Positions 14,246 through 26,918 of a DNA stretch of 64,000 nt are shown piece by piece; within the stretch, counting starts at the first letter, position 1; every line of letters begins with the position of its first letter. This stretch comes from Eledone cirrhosa (taxonomy: Eukaryota), in NCBI GenBank assembly GCA_964016885.1, contig OZ024760.1:33790001-33854000 (forward strand). The letters run 5' to 3'. The notes under the pieces were generated by a model. That model was not told the origin of the DNA, did no database searches, and was given only the letters and a program-made list of their open reading frames with translations. The translations under genes were made by a program, and so were the position numbers.

Positions 14246-14587
14246 CCACCTTACAACTGCTGCGGGAGTGAAAGGTTAACACCCATCTTAGATTCCACAT
14301 CGAGTGTGTTTTATTAAATTTTATTTCTCTTTACTTTTTCAGTCTTAGAAAATTGACAAGAAACACACGAAAAACACAGAAGAGGAACATACTCACACAC
14401 ACACACAAATGCATAGATATACATAGACACATACACAAATATACATACAGCCATCTATCTCACATATATATACTGGGCCGTCAAGTACCAAATTTGTTTT
14501 CTTTTCACAAATTTCTACAAATTTCATACTTGTCGATCCAATATATATGCGTGTGTAAACACACACACACACAGACACACACCCACC

Positions 14588-14650
<63 letters not shown>

Positions 14651-14652
14651 AG

Positions 14653-14970
14653 ATCAAAAGATGGTTAAAGGAGTTCCATATATTTTATTATGCGCATTTC
14701 AAAAACAAACATCATCAAGCAATAATATTTGTGTTTTCATCAGATAAAACAGGAGAACATGATATGAAGGCTAAAAAACACTTGTGGATAGTGCAGTTTT
14801 AAATCAACATATCATATGATTTAAAACTGCACTATCCACAAGTGTTTTTTAGCCTTCATATCATGTTCTCCTGTTTTATCTGATGAAAACACAAATATTA
14901 TTGCTTGATGATGTTTGTTTTTGAAATGCGCATAATAAAATATATGGAACTCCTTTAACCATCTTTTGAT
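14653..14970. repeat. Near-perfect fold-back palindrome with 154-bp arms and a 10-nt loop; probable Penelope-like terminal fragment
   Basis: 14653-14806 is the reverse complement of 14817-14970. It sits next to (TA)n, and each arm contains a hammerhead motif. Confidence 0.9.
14872..14942 (+). ncRNA. Minimal type I hammerhead ribozyme (mirror copy on the - strand at ~14681-14751)
   Basis: TGTTTTAT-CTGATGA-stem II (CAAATATTAT/ATGATGTTTG)-GAAA-palindromic TGCGCA-TA-ATAAAATA; the stem I halves pair. Confidence 0.8.
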
Positions 14971-15063
14971 ATTATATTATGCATACTCCAGTCCCACAAA
15001 CTGTAGAGTGCTTCTTATCCGATATCTGCATTGCTTTATTGTACTACAATAAAACTCACCTCC

Positions 15064-15112
<49 letters not shown>

Positions 15113-15448
15113 GTGTGTGTGTGTGTGTGTGTAGAAATCCATAGATGAAAGATCAAGTAAAAGAGTAGCCAATGAAAGTTCCCCCTCCAATATACAGTGG
15201 CGACCATAACTGCCCCCGTTAAGTGTATATACACACACACATATATATATACACGCAGATACACAGGTACACATACATACATATATATATATATACATAT
15301 ATACAAAATACTTAAATGAAAGGAAATGTTATTGTTTGTCTTTCCAATAAAAATTGCAATATAAACTGTTAAACGGGTTTCTTCGTTTTTCTTTCTTTGT
15401 AGCCTCGTCTTTTGTGTCGTATAATCAACTCATCCACATCAATAGTTG

Positions 15449-15481
<33 letters not shown>

Positions 15482-15949
15482 ATATACATGTATATATATA
15501 TATATACATATACATGTATATATATATATATACCTATAAATATACATGTATATATATATACATATAAATATACATGTATATATATATACATATAAATATA
15601 CATATATATATATATATACATATAAATATGCATGTATATATATATATACATATAAATATACATGTATATCTATATACATATAAATATACATGTATATTTA
15701 TATATACATATAAATATACATGTATATATACATGTACATTTATATTTATATATATATATGTATATTTTATATATATACTTATATAAACTTGTATATATAT
15801 ATATATGAATAATTATATATATATATATACACATATACATATATATTATATATATGTATATATAGATATACATATATATTATATATATATATATGTATAT
15901 ATACATATATATATATGTGTATATATATATATATATCACATATAAATAC

Positions 15950-16005
<56 letters not shown>

Positions 16006-16075
16006 TATACATACATATTATATATATATATGTATATATATATGTTTATATATATATATACATATACATACATAT

Positions 16076-16112
<37 letters not shown>

Positions 16113-16138
16113 GTATATATATATACACATATACATAC

Positions 16139-16204
<66 letters not shown>

Positions 16205-16564
16205 AACATATACATACATATTATATATATATATATATATATACACACACATACATACATATTATATATATATATATCATAAATCATAAATCATGTCCTT
16301 AGAATTATTAGATAAAATATATACAATTTCCTCTCCCAATTAGCATAATTAACCATATAAAAATCAATTAGACCAGGCTATAAGTATAAAAGCTCTTATG
16401 AAGAAATATTTGATAAATAACCGAAAGCAGCCTCTTCGCGGTAGACCACAATAGAGTATTTACCCAACATTTCAACAACATGTAGAAACTGACAAAATAT
16501 ATCGTCAACCATACACAATTAGGTATACATTTAAAGTTAGAAGAAATGTGCACATACCGTAATT

Positions 16565-16645
16565 AAATCCCTACCATGGTTTCGTACGTATTTTGAGACA
16601 TCCTATTAAGGATAAATCTCGAGTATCGAACTCATCAGCAAACTC
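16565..16645 (-). ncRNA. Hammerhead ribozyme motif, Penelope type, with decayed stem I
   Basis: Minus strand reads GAGTTTG-CTGATGA-long stem II-GAAA-CCATGG (palindrome)-TA-GGGATTT. Confidence 0.65.
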
Positions 16646-17079
16646 AATAGGACAATTAATTTTCCAAAGCGATATATATATATATATGAGAAATCTTGTA
16701 AGAAATCTTGTAAAATCCCATATCATTCAGGTTGAATGATATATAACATTTGTGGTGTAATCTACCCTCGTAATTTTAGACACGGGTTTACTGTGTTTAC
16801 TTCTACACATATTAATATTATAATGCTCAGTATTTATACTTTGAGCTTGTTAATTTCAGGGTATCTATATGAGTTATTAACTCTATATTTTATTTGTATA
16901 TATATATATATATTTATAATGAATATATAATCATATTATAAGGTATCTATTTTTGAAGTTGTAGTTAACTTTATTTAGTTACCTACCTAGCTATGTGTGC
17001 TTACACACTTGTAAAAATTATCCCCTGTGATTGTTTCATATGTTTATTTATATGTTAATCAATTTCTAGTTGTTATATA

Positions 17080-17135
<56 letters not shown>

Positions 17136-17137
<2 letters not shown>

Positions 17138-17250
17138 AAAAAATGAAATTTCATTTCTCACTCTTAGTACGGCTGATACTTAAATATAAGTATGTATACT
17201 TACATACATATATGTATACAGACGTACAGTAGTATGTATATACATACATG

Positions 17251-17287
<37 letters not shown>

Positions 17288-17815
17288 GTATGGGTTTACC
17301 GAACATTTATTATAATGGTCGGTTTATTTGTAAACAAACAGCTTGAATTATTAGCCGTACAGTGTTCGGCAACCATCGTTGCCCTTTTGTTCAACACTGA
17401 CAAAGGAACGATGAACTAGTTTCTAGCTTATTAGCTGACATCAGCAGCGTATACCTTCCTGCCAGTCGATTGAACGTTTGAAAGTACTTTCCTTATGCAT
17501 ATTAAAGGCTGAGCAGCCTAATTTGCATATCGAGTGAGTTAGTCGCCTGGGTGTACCTAAAACGATAAATGGAAAATATGAAATTTCATTTCTCACTCTT
17601 AGTATGGCTGGTACTTAAATATAAGTATGTATACGTACATACGATGGTTGCCGAACACTGTACGGCTAATAATTCGGGCTGTTTGTTTACAAACAAACCG
17701 AACATTATAATAAATGTTCGGTAAACCCATACGTACATATATATATATATGTGTGTGCATGTATGTATATACATACTACTGTACGTCTGTATAGATATAT
17801 GTATGTACGTGTATA
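17136..17815. mobile_element. Penelope-like terminal-repeat remnant with direct and inverted duplication
   Basis: 17136-17205 is repeated directly at 17571-17640, and ~17210-17379 is inverted at 17641-17810. A hammerhead-like motif lies between them. The same end sequence recurs at ~55867-55920. Confidence 0.6.
17409..17449 (-). ncRNA. Degenerate minimal hammerhead motif
   Basis: Minus strand reads CGCTG-CTGATGT-CAGCT AATA AGCTA-GAAA-CTAG-TT-CATCG; one core mismatch, palindromic ACTAGT stem III. Confidence 0.5.
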
Positions 17816-17820
17816 TCTGT

Positions 17821-17882
<62 letters not shown>

Positions 17883-17989
17883 ATGAGGTTATAGTTCACT
17901 TGAAGCATTGTGTAATGAGGTACAAACGTATATGATGTATAATAAAGCCAAAACAATGCAGATATGGACATAGAATAAAGAATGCAAAT

Positions 17990-18830
17990 GCAAAAGACAT
18001 TGTTGACAATTAGTCTTTTACCTTAGATTTTTTTAAATGTCCTTAATTTTCGAGATAATATCTCTTCTTCGTAGGGAAGTAAAGCGGTTAAACCAGTGTT
18101 CTAAATAGCTTGCCAAGTCATGCTGACAGGAAATGGTATAGAGTATCTGTTCTATCTTTAATGTCAAAGAGTGAAGGTTAGGTGGATAAAGAATAGTCTC
18201 CCCATAAAAGGTTTTTTTATTACATGCCTGTTTAAGTGTGTGGGAGAATGTGTGAGGTGTAAGTGTGTGTGTGTGCGTGTGTGTGAGAAGATATATCTAT
18301 ACGTAAATGTGGGGGATAGATGTTATCTCGTGTTAGAACTGGTCTTTGTGTGTGTATGTGTGTGTGTGAGAGAGAATAAGTGGAGGTGTAGGTGTGTGTG
18401 TGTGCGTGTGTGTGGGAGGGGGGGGGTGTAAATATGGGGCTAGATGCTATATCAAGTTATAAATTGGGTGTTGAGTTCTAGTCTATTATTGATTGGTAGT
18501 TGTGTTTTATCTATAATTAGTGCTTCCTTAATTCTAAGATTGCCGAGGTTGCTTTCCTTAGTTTCTATCCTAACTGTTATGGTTTTGTCCGTGTTTTTGC
18601 ATTTAACTAGGTGTTTCTTAAATGAGGAAGCGTTAGTATTGAGGTGTTCTTTTATTCTTATGTGGAGTGGTCTGGTGGTGCTACCTACGTAGAAGTTGCT
18701 GCATTTGTCGCACTCTAGTCTGTATACGACGTAAGTCTGGTGGCATAGGTCTGTGTCGTTGATAGGGCATTTGGCTAGTCTGCAGCGGTTGTCATGTCTG
18801 GTGGAGTGTCTTTTGGTTAGCTGTCCGCGT
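17990..18830 (-). mobile_element. Penelope-like retroelement 3' fragment (GIY-YIG endonuclease plus 3' UTR with a degenerate hammerhead at 18041-18075)
   Basis: Manual minus-strand translation of ~18457-18800 gives CRLAKCPINDTDLCHQTYVVYRLECDKCSNFYVGSTTRPLHIRIKEHL (VVY...YVG GIY-YIG motif). This is absent from the ORF track. Confidence 0.8.
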
Positions 18831-18984
18831 AGAGAAGGACCTGAGTTGGATATCTAGTCCCTCTCGTCTGATAGCTCTGCAGATGGCTGTTGTTGTTTCG
18901 TCACTGAAGTGTGGGAGCTTCAGGAAGCAAGTGTTAGTGCCTCGGGTGTGGTGTCCTCTGTTCTTTCTGTATATGTATAAAGTC

Positions 18985-19243
18985 TGTCTTAAGCCAGAAG
19001 GCTCATTTGGCCGGTGCTTATCCCGGTTTCATGGCGTAAAGCGACTGAGAATACAAGACTCTCCTCTGGACAGGACGCCAGTCCATCGCAGGGTTAAATC
19101 TCCAGCTATTGCTGGTACTCATTTTCAGCTGAGCAACGTGAAATGAAGTGTTTTGCTCAAGAACACAACACGCAACCCAGGAATCGAACCCACGACATTA
19201 TGATCGTAAGTCCAACACACTTACCAGTAGGTCACGTGCCTCC
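18985..19243 (-). mobile_element. tRNA-derived CORE-type SINE (octopus OR-like)
   Basis: B-box GGTTCGATTCC on the minus strand; CORE-like GGTACTCATTTTCAGCTGAG...AAGTGTTTTGCTCAAGAACAC. A related + strand fragment lies at ~28725-28900. Confidence 0.6.
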
Positions 19244-19248
19244 TTTGA

Positions 19249-19303
<55 letters not shown>

Positions 19304-19376
19304 CATACATATATATATAAACATATATATACATACATAGATATATATATATAAACATATATATACATATACATAC

Positions 19377-19423
<47 letters not shown>

Positions 19424-19632
19424 CGTGTGTGTGAGAGTGTGCTTGTGTACATTTCATTTCTCCCACATACATAGGCACACACTACCCCCCCCCCCCCAAC
19501 AGCTCAAGTGGCAACAATGAGGTGAGAGCTTCTTGACACTTAACAGGACAAACATTGGTAATGTCTTGCATGTCAGCAATATGGCTGCTGTATCACACTA
19601 ACACTAAAACACACACATGTATGTACATATAC

Positions 19633-19701
<69 letters not shown>

Positions 19702-19810
19702 GTATATATGTATATATGTATATATATATATTATATATATTATATATATATATAATATATGTATATATATATTATATATATATATATATATTATATATAT
19801 ATATATATAC

Positions 19811-19842
<32 letters not shown>

Positions 19843-19880
19843 GTATATATATATTATATATATATAATATATGTGTATAT

Positions 19881-19922
<42 letters not shown>

Positions 19923-19924
19923 AA

Positions 19925-19973
<49 letters not shown>

Positions 19974-20021
19974 TATATATATATTATATATATAATATAT
20001 ATATATATATAATATATATAT

Positions 20022-20178
20022 ATAATTGTTTCTACTTTTGGCACAAGGCTAGCAATTACCCAGTGTATTACTGGTACTTTATTTTATCGACCCCGTAAGG
20101 ATGAAAGGCAAAGTTAACCTCGGCGGGATTTGAACTCAGAATGGCAAGGGCCGTAACTCAATGCGTCAAAGCATGGCA
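20022..20178 (-). mobile_element. tRNA-derived SINE (OK-like), 5'-truncated duplicate of 20502-20690
   Basis: B-box GAGTTCAAATCC on the minus strand; near-identical to 20502-20656. Confidence 0.75.
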
Positions 20179-20228
20179 TATAATATGTATATATATAATA
20201 TTGTCACACACACACATATTTATATATA

Positions 20229-20470
20229 CGAGGTGTGTCAGAAAAGTTCCAGGACTGATGTCACAAAAGATTTATTTCAAACACAAACTTCACAGAAAGA
20301 GTTTTCTCCTTCAAAGTAATCCCCCTGGAGTATGTAACTGTAATCTTAGCTCTCTGCAGCGATCAAACGTTTTTCTTCATAATTTTATATACATGTCCTC
20401 TTAGTGGGAAGTTTGAGTCTGAAATAAATCTTTTGTGACATCAGTCCTGGAACTTTTCTGACACACCTCG
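20229..20470. mobile_element. Mariner/Tc1-type MITE (242 bp)
   Basis: TIRs of ~60 bp beginning CGAGGTGTGTCAGAAAAGTTCCAGGACTG, flanked by TA on both sides; no coding capacity. Confidence 0.85.
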
Positions 20471-20501
20471 TATATATATATAATATATATATATTTATAT
20501 A

Positions 20502-20690
20502 TAATTGTTTCTACTTTTGGCACAAGGCCAGCAATTATCCAGTGTATTACTGGTACTTTATTTTATCGACCCCGTAAAGATGAAAGGCAAAGTTAACCTC
20601 GGCGGGATTTGAACTCAGAATGGCAAGGGCCGTAACTCTATGCGTCAAAGCATGGCGTCCGACCCTCTACCGATACTGCCAATCCACCGC
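20502..20690 (-). mobile_element. tRNA-derived SINE (OK-like)
   Basis: Minus strand starts GCGGTGGATTGGCAGTATCGGTAG (A box), contains GAGTTCAAATCC (B box) and ends GGCCTTGTGCCAAAA. Confidence 0.75.
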
Positions 20691-20769
20691 TTAACGGGAT
20701 CTTCTGAAGATCCCGTTAAGGGTGAAAGCAGCGATTCTTTGCTTAAACTTTAATCTGTTATTTTAATAA

Positions 20770-20770
<1 letters not shown>
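20690..20770 (+). ncRNA. Hammerhead-bearing Penelope-like end with a 31-bp perfect fold-back centred in the CTGAAGA core
   Basis: CTTAACGGGATCTTC-T-GAAGATCCCGTTAAG, then GGT-GAAA-GCA..TGC-TT-AAACT. A related copy at 62392-62460 supplies the AGTTT stem I half. Confidence 0.55.
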
Positions 20771-20842
<72 letters not shown>

Positions 20843-20860
20843 AATATATATATATATATA

Positions 20861-20919
<59 letters not shown>

Positions 20920-20956
20920 TATATATAATATATATATATATAATATATATAATATA

Positions 20957-21006
<50 letters not shown>

Positions 21007-21184
21007 GTATATATATATATATATAATGTAAGGTTATATTGCGACTCGAACTGGGATTGTCGGATTCTGAGTCTAGCAATTACACAAAAGAACATATATA
21101 GACATGTCCATATATAGAAAAAAATGGGTAGGATCTCTCTCTCTCACACACATATATATATATATGTGTGTGTATATATATATG

Positions 21185-21236
<52 letters not shown>

Positions 21237-21519
21237 TATATAGCCGGATGTATTATATATATGTATATATATATATAATATACATATATATGTATATATA
21301 ATTGCGTGAGTGTACGGGTGTTTGTTGTGTGAGCCTGTGTGAGTGTGTATATGTATGTGTATATATGTATATGTGTATATATGTATATGTGTATATGTAT
21401 GTGTATATGTATGTGTGTATATATATGTGTTTCTGTGTGTTCGGGTATATGTGTGTGTCTAAAGGACTTTCATTAGTTAAAACTGAAGATAAAAGCAAAT
21501 TATTTATTTATTTATCTAT

Positions 21520-21571
21520 TTACATTGTCTATCGTCTGCCAACTTTTAAGACACCCAACAAGACGGTAAGT
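21520..21571 (+). other. Candidate non-coding exon 1 and 5' splice donor of the 23662 gene
   Basis: Unique non-repeat sequence ending ACG|GTAAGT (GT at 21566). The CDS at 23662 has an acceptor but no nearer donor was noticed. Confidence 0.35.
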
Positions 21572-21984
21572 AATGTCGTCTGCTTCTTCCAATATATTAT
21601 TATTGTTATTTGCCTTATCTTTCATTTTTCTTCAACTGGCCCTTAATCTTCTCGTAGGTTTTAACATAGGTACAAGATCGAAGGCGAAAGGGAAGATCGA
21701 TTATATTGAACCCTTTCAACTATTTAACTGCTATCTTATAAATGTCTAAAATACACGAATTTTAGTTAATGTTAGGCATGTCTTCATCATTAACGATATC
21801 CTCAACTCTTTAAATATATTTTTGCTATAAATTTGATTCAAATATAAAAAAATTATTGACTTTAAATTAAATCTAAAAAGAAAGTATCGATTCCAGCATT
21901 TGATTGGTACTTATATTTTATCGATCCTGAAAAGCAAAAGGTAAAGTTGGTCTTATCAGGATTTGAACTCGTTAAAAAGTTACG

Positions 21985-22365
21985 ACTTTCTACATTCTGA
22001 GTTCAAATCCTGCCGAAGTTATCTTTGCCTTTCTTTCTTACGGGAGTCGATAAAATAAAGGACCAGTAATGCACTGGAGTCGATTTAATCGACTATTCCC
22101 TCCATCCAAAATTGTTGGCCTTGTGCTTAAATCAGAAATCATTCAGGACGGTGGATTGGCAGTATCGGTAGAGCGCCGGACACCATGCTTTGCGGCAAAG
22201 AGTTACGCCTCTTTACGTTCTAAGTTCAAATCCCGCAGTGGTTAACTTTGCCTTTCATCCTTACGAGGTCGATAAAATAAAGTACCAGTAATGTACTGGG
22301 GTTGATTTAATCGACTTTCTTTCCCCCATAAAATTGCTGGCCTTGTGCCTAAATCAGAAACAATT
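21985..22365 (+). mobile_element. Two tandem OK-like tRNA SINEs (truncated 21985-22145, full 22146-22365)
   Basis: A box GGCAGTATCGGTAG, B box AGTTCAAATCC, shared tail GGCCTTGTGC(C/T)TAAATCAGAAA. Further fragments at ~21890-21970, 24730-24830, 32260-32470, 36540-36690, 51975-52050 and 53305-53470. Confidence 0.8.
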
Positions 22366-22566
22366 ATTATTTGTATTATATTTGTAGACTTAAACTCTCC
22401 ATTTTGCTTCATCCACTTAAAGTGTTTCGAGGTTAAACAGAGTTTCGTCTCACTGTTCAACATTATTCTGTCTAACCACATAACTACAGCATTTCTACTT
22501 TAACTTTCACCTGAAAATTAAATCTTTCCTTGTATGTATATATATATATATGGACGAGGTGTTCAT

Positions 22567-22626
<60 letters not shown>

Positions 22627-22635
22627 TACATACAT

Positions 22636-22673
<38 letters not shown>

Positions 22674-22675
<2 letters not shown>

Positions 22676-23282
22676 GATGGCTGCCAACTCGTTTTCGAGT
22701 ACGGCCACTACTTTATATCCATGTAGGAGAACCCCCACCGATGCGCTGAACGAGTGTGACTTTTTAGTCCAGCCAGCGACTTGAAAACTCTGGTACAAAC
22801 ACTACACCTGTGACAATTATTAACACATAGTGCTGGGCCCATGGTACCATGTGATGACAAGTGCAGAGAGATCTCCAGATATAAAGCAATGCCTGTGCCA
22901 TGAAGCTTTTATAGTGAGCAAAGGCACTGCACAAAGCCAGTCCCACTCTCTTAACCAAGATGATATTTACCAAAAAGAAGAACAAGTCAACATCATTGGA
23001 TACCATCAGGGTTGCAGGTGTTATATCAGAGTTTTCCTTCTCCTAGAATTCTGCCTTGACAAAGGCTAAGAGGTCATCTCTCCCGGTGATTTTGGATGGC
23101 CATTGACTCTTAAGAGCTCCTTTGCCCTTTGACAGGTTTTGTTTTTAGTCCTGCAGGATGTCCAAAGTCACCCTCCTCACCAAGAAACCTTGGTGGGGTT
23201 GCCAGTTTAGTCGCCAACGACCCGACCATGAGACAGGTTGTACTGGGATACATGTTACCAGTAGCACCAACTGGTGACCTGA
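22674..23282 (-). mobile_element. ~608-bp bipartite non-autonomous RTE-derived element, copy 1
   Basis: Near-identical to the copies at 29606 and 30706. Contains an RTE 5'-region-like motif (GAGTTTTCCTTCTCCTAG...AAGGCTAAG) and a remnant C-x2-C...KSLAGL zinc-finger-coding 3' end. Confidence 0.8.
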
Positions 23283-23404
23283 TATATATATATATACACA
23301 TATACATACAAACATATATATATTTATATACATATATAGTTTGAGTCATTCACTTTTATCTCTCAAATTGATATTTATATGGGTATATATATGTGTGTGT
23401 GTAT

Positions 23405-23513
<109 letters not shown>

Positions 23514-23661
23514 TGAATAGGTGTAGTCACGTGTATTAGTTTATTCATTTTTAATTATTTCAATATAACTGTGTTGGCCTCTTGTGTGATGTAGGTGGCT
23601 TTATTCAAAGAAATATTTATATTATATTATCTTTTTGTGGTTTCAGATTGCACTGGAAGCC

Positions 23662-24393
23662 ATGAGATCTACAATAGTTACGATCGGAATTCTGGTGGGG
23701 CTCTCTATGATCTTCAAACAACATGTAGAGGGCGCTGACAGCATGAATTCCAACCCGCCTCTTCCTCCTCATCGTCGTCACCCACCAGCAGGTTCCCAGG
23801 AGAACAAGTCAGCTAATAATGACGACAAGTCCTACATTAAGCTGTGGAAGAGGAAGATAAAGGACGGTGTGAACTACGAATACTCCTACCACAACCCAGT
23901 TAAGGACGGAGAAATCGACCAACAGGGGTCGGTAACTCTCTTCAAAAAAAAAAATCCGAACGGTGGCCGACCAAAAACGACGGGTTACGTGATCAGTTAT
24001 CGAAGTAGTGAAGGTTTCAGCTACAATAATCCTCTTGATAATAACTGGGATAGACCTTACTACAACAACAACAACAACAACTACCGACGCCCGTACAACT
24101 TCCGCTCATCTGTTGATGACAACCATGTTCCATTCGTTCACAGATATCCGCCTAGCCATCGACATGTCAGTAATACACCGCCGCCATATCAACACTTTCA
24201 GCGGCCAGCTTCAGTGAAAACGTCTCCTCCTCCGCACGCGACTGAACCTCGTTGTTACGGTGAAAAGAACTTTGGTTACAACAGCAATGTCGTGTACTGT
24301 TGTATGTACGCAGATCGGCCCCAACCCAGCTCTTCCTCTTACCCTAAACATGTGTGTTGGCGCCAACATATTACATGGAGCCGACCACTCTAA
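23662..24393 (+). CDS. Orphan secreted Pro/Asn/Tyr-rich protein, 243 aa, with 4 C-terminal Cys
   Basis: Long ORF in non-repeat DNA. Acceptor TTTTTGTGGTTTCAG ends at 23646, followed by GCCATG at 23662. Signal-peptide-like MRSTIVTIGILVGLSMIFKQHVEG. AATAAA downstream at ~24492. Confidence 0.7.
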   Translation: MRSTIVTIGILVGLSMIFKQHVEGADSMNSNPPLPPHRRHPPAGSQENKSANNDDKSYIKLWKRKIKDGVNYEYSYHNPVKDGEIDQQGSVTLFKKKNPNGGRPKTTGYVISYRSSEGFSYNNPLDNNWDRPYYNNNNNNYRRPYNFRSSVDDNHVPFVHRYPPSHRHVSNTPPPYQHFQRPASVKTSPPPHATEPRCYGEKNFGYNSNVVYCCMYADRPQPSSSSYPKHVCWRQHITWSRPL

Positions 24394-25495
24394 CAACTTA
24401 ACGACTGTACCCCACTCATCCGACCCCACCCTCACCCTCTTTACATTTGCTTTTATGAAACTTGTTTCTTGTTTTCTTTTTTTATGCCTTAAATAAAACG
24501 CAGCAATAATAAAAATAATGATGATGATGATGATGACGATGAGGGTAAACAGAAAATAGCCCATCGGAAATCGCAGTAATGTTGCATAGATTACTCTAAA
24601 TTCCATTAGAAACAGCCCTGCATCTGTCCAATATACACAGACCTACGCTCAGTTGTGCTATGAAAACGTACAGCAGCAATAGCAATGACAATAGCAATAA
24701 GAATACTGAAATAATGATAATAATAACGTCTTCTAATTTAGGCACAAGGCCAGCAATATTATTTTTTGTGGATGGGGTGAAAGTCGTTTATTTTTACCTC
24801 CGTACATGACTGGTACTATAGTTCATTAATCCCCGGGATTTATCAGTTATACAACAACATGGCTGCAAACGAACAATAAAACGCACATTTCATATATAAA
24901 TGCCAAAGAATATATAAACATTTTACTTTTTGTTTATTAAGAATTCTTTCATTGCATGATTTACGGTAAACAGTCATCGTTATCGTCGTTTCATTTGTTA
25001 ATTCGTTGCCTTTACTCCCCTTTCCACAACAATATTGATTATATTATATTATATCTCCATATGCCCTATATTCACCTTATTTCTCTGTAATCTCTAATAA
25101 AAAAGAAATATGGAAAGCATTTTGTGTCTGCTTGTATTTTATACACATCTTCTTGGTTGTCCATCGTAAACGATGATGACATCTTTATTTTAGTTCCCGT
25201 CTGCCGTGAGTACGAAGGTGGTTGTGGAGGCCGATCCGTGACTTTCAGCTCCGGGGACAGTGGGGGCAGGGGAAGAGACATACATACATACATACATACA
25301 AACATACACATACATACATACATACGTACATACATATGTACAAAAGTACATACATATACACATACACACATACATACACTCGTACATATATATACATATA
25401 AACACATATATGCAAACATACATACACACATAAATACACAGATATACATACATACATTCACATATATGCATGCGTACACACACATACACATATAC

Positions 25496-26692
25496 ATTGA
25501 TACTGTTTCAACGTATGTTGACAGTCTATATATGTTGACAGTCTACATATATTGACACTGTCTACACATGTTGACAGTCTATATATCTTGACAGTCTAAA
25601 TACATTGACAGTCTATATATGTTGACACTGTCTATATATGTTGACAGTCTATATATTGACAGTCTATAAGCCTATATATGTTGACAGTCTACATATGTTG
25701 ACAGTCTATATATGTTGAGAGTCTATATATGTTGACAGTCTATATATGTTGACAGTCTATATATGTTGACAGTCTATATATATTGACACTGCCTATATAT
25801 GGTGGCTGTCTATATATGTTAGCAGCCTATATATGTTGACAATCTATATATGTTGACAGCCTATAAATATTGACAGTCTGCGTATGTTGACACAGTCTAT
25901 ATATGTTGACACTCTTACATGTTGACACATTATATGCATGTTGACACAGTCTATATATATTGACAGTCTATATATGTTGACAGTCTCTCTCTCTATATAT
26001 ATATATATATTTACAGTCTATATATGTTGACAGTCTATATATGTTGACAGTCTATATATGTTGATAGTCTATATATATTGACACTGTCTATATATGTTGA
26101 CACTCTTACATGTTGACACATTCTATGCATGTTGACACAGTCTATATATATTGACAGTCTATATATGTTGACAGTCTATATATATATATTTACAGTCTAT
26201 ATATGTCGACAGTCTATATATGTTGACAGTCTATATATGTTGACACTCTCTCTATATATATATTGACAGTCTATATATGTTGACAGTCTATATATGTTGA
26301 CAGTCTATATATGTTGACACAGTCTATATATGTTGACACTCTTTCATGTTGACGCAGTCTATATATGTTGACTCTTTCATGTTGACACATTCTATATATG
26401 TTGACATAATCTATATATATTGACAGTCTATATATATCGACAGTCTATATATTTTAACAGTCTCTATATGTTGACTGTCTATATATATTGACACATCCTA
26501 TATATGTTGACAGCCTATATATGTTGACAGTCTCTCTATATATATATTGACAGTCTATATATGTTGACCGTCTATATATGTTGGCAGTCTATATATGTTG
26601 ACAGTCTATATATGTTGACACTCTATATATGTTGACACTGTCTATATATGTTGACACTGTCTATATATGTTGACAGTCTATATATGTTGACA
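25496..26692. repeat. 18-bp minisatellite (TATATATGTTGACAGTCT)n
   Basis: Direct reading; ~60 degenerate units. Confidence 0.9.
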
Positions 26693-26769
26693 AATAAATA
26701 CCGTAAATATGACAATTTTTGCTCCAATGTGTCCAGAAAACACAAAGCAGCCACACTGAACCGAACACC

Positions 26770-26918
26770 ATCCTGTACTCATATCTCCTTCACTCATGAC
26801 TCCTGCACTCATAACACCTGCACTCATGTCTCCTGCACTCATGACTCCTGAACTCATGTCTCCTGAACTCATGTCTCCTGCATTCATATCTCCTGCACTC
26901 ATATCTCCTGCACTCATG
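26770..26918. repeat. 15-bp minisatellite (TCCTGCACTCATGTC)n
   Basis: ~10 tandem units. Confidence 0.85.

Noticed and set aside
22146-22240. tRNA gene
   Set aside because: The A/B boxes belong to SINE heads with a shared non-tRNA body; no cloverleaf.
23180-23282. Canonical HDV-like or twister ribozyme at the 5' end of the bipartite element
   Set aside because: Only partial P1/P3-like pairings; the GG after P1 is missing and no full fold was found by eye.
23635-23661. N-terminal extension MWFQIALEA of the 252-aa ORF
   Set aside because: Starts at a non-ATG codon inside a polypyrimidine/AG acceptor; the ATG at 23662 gives a proper signal peptide.
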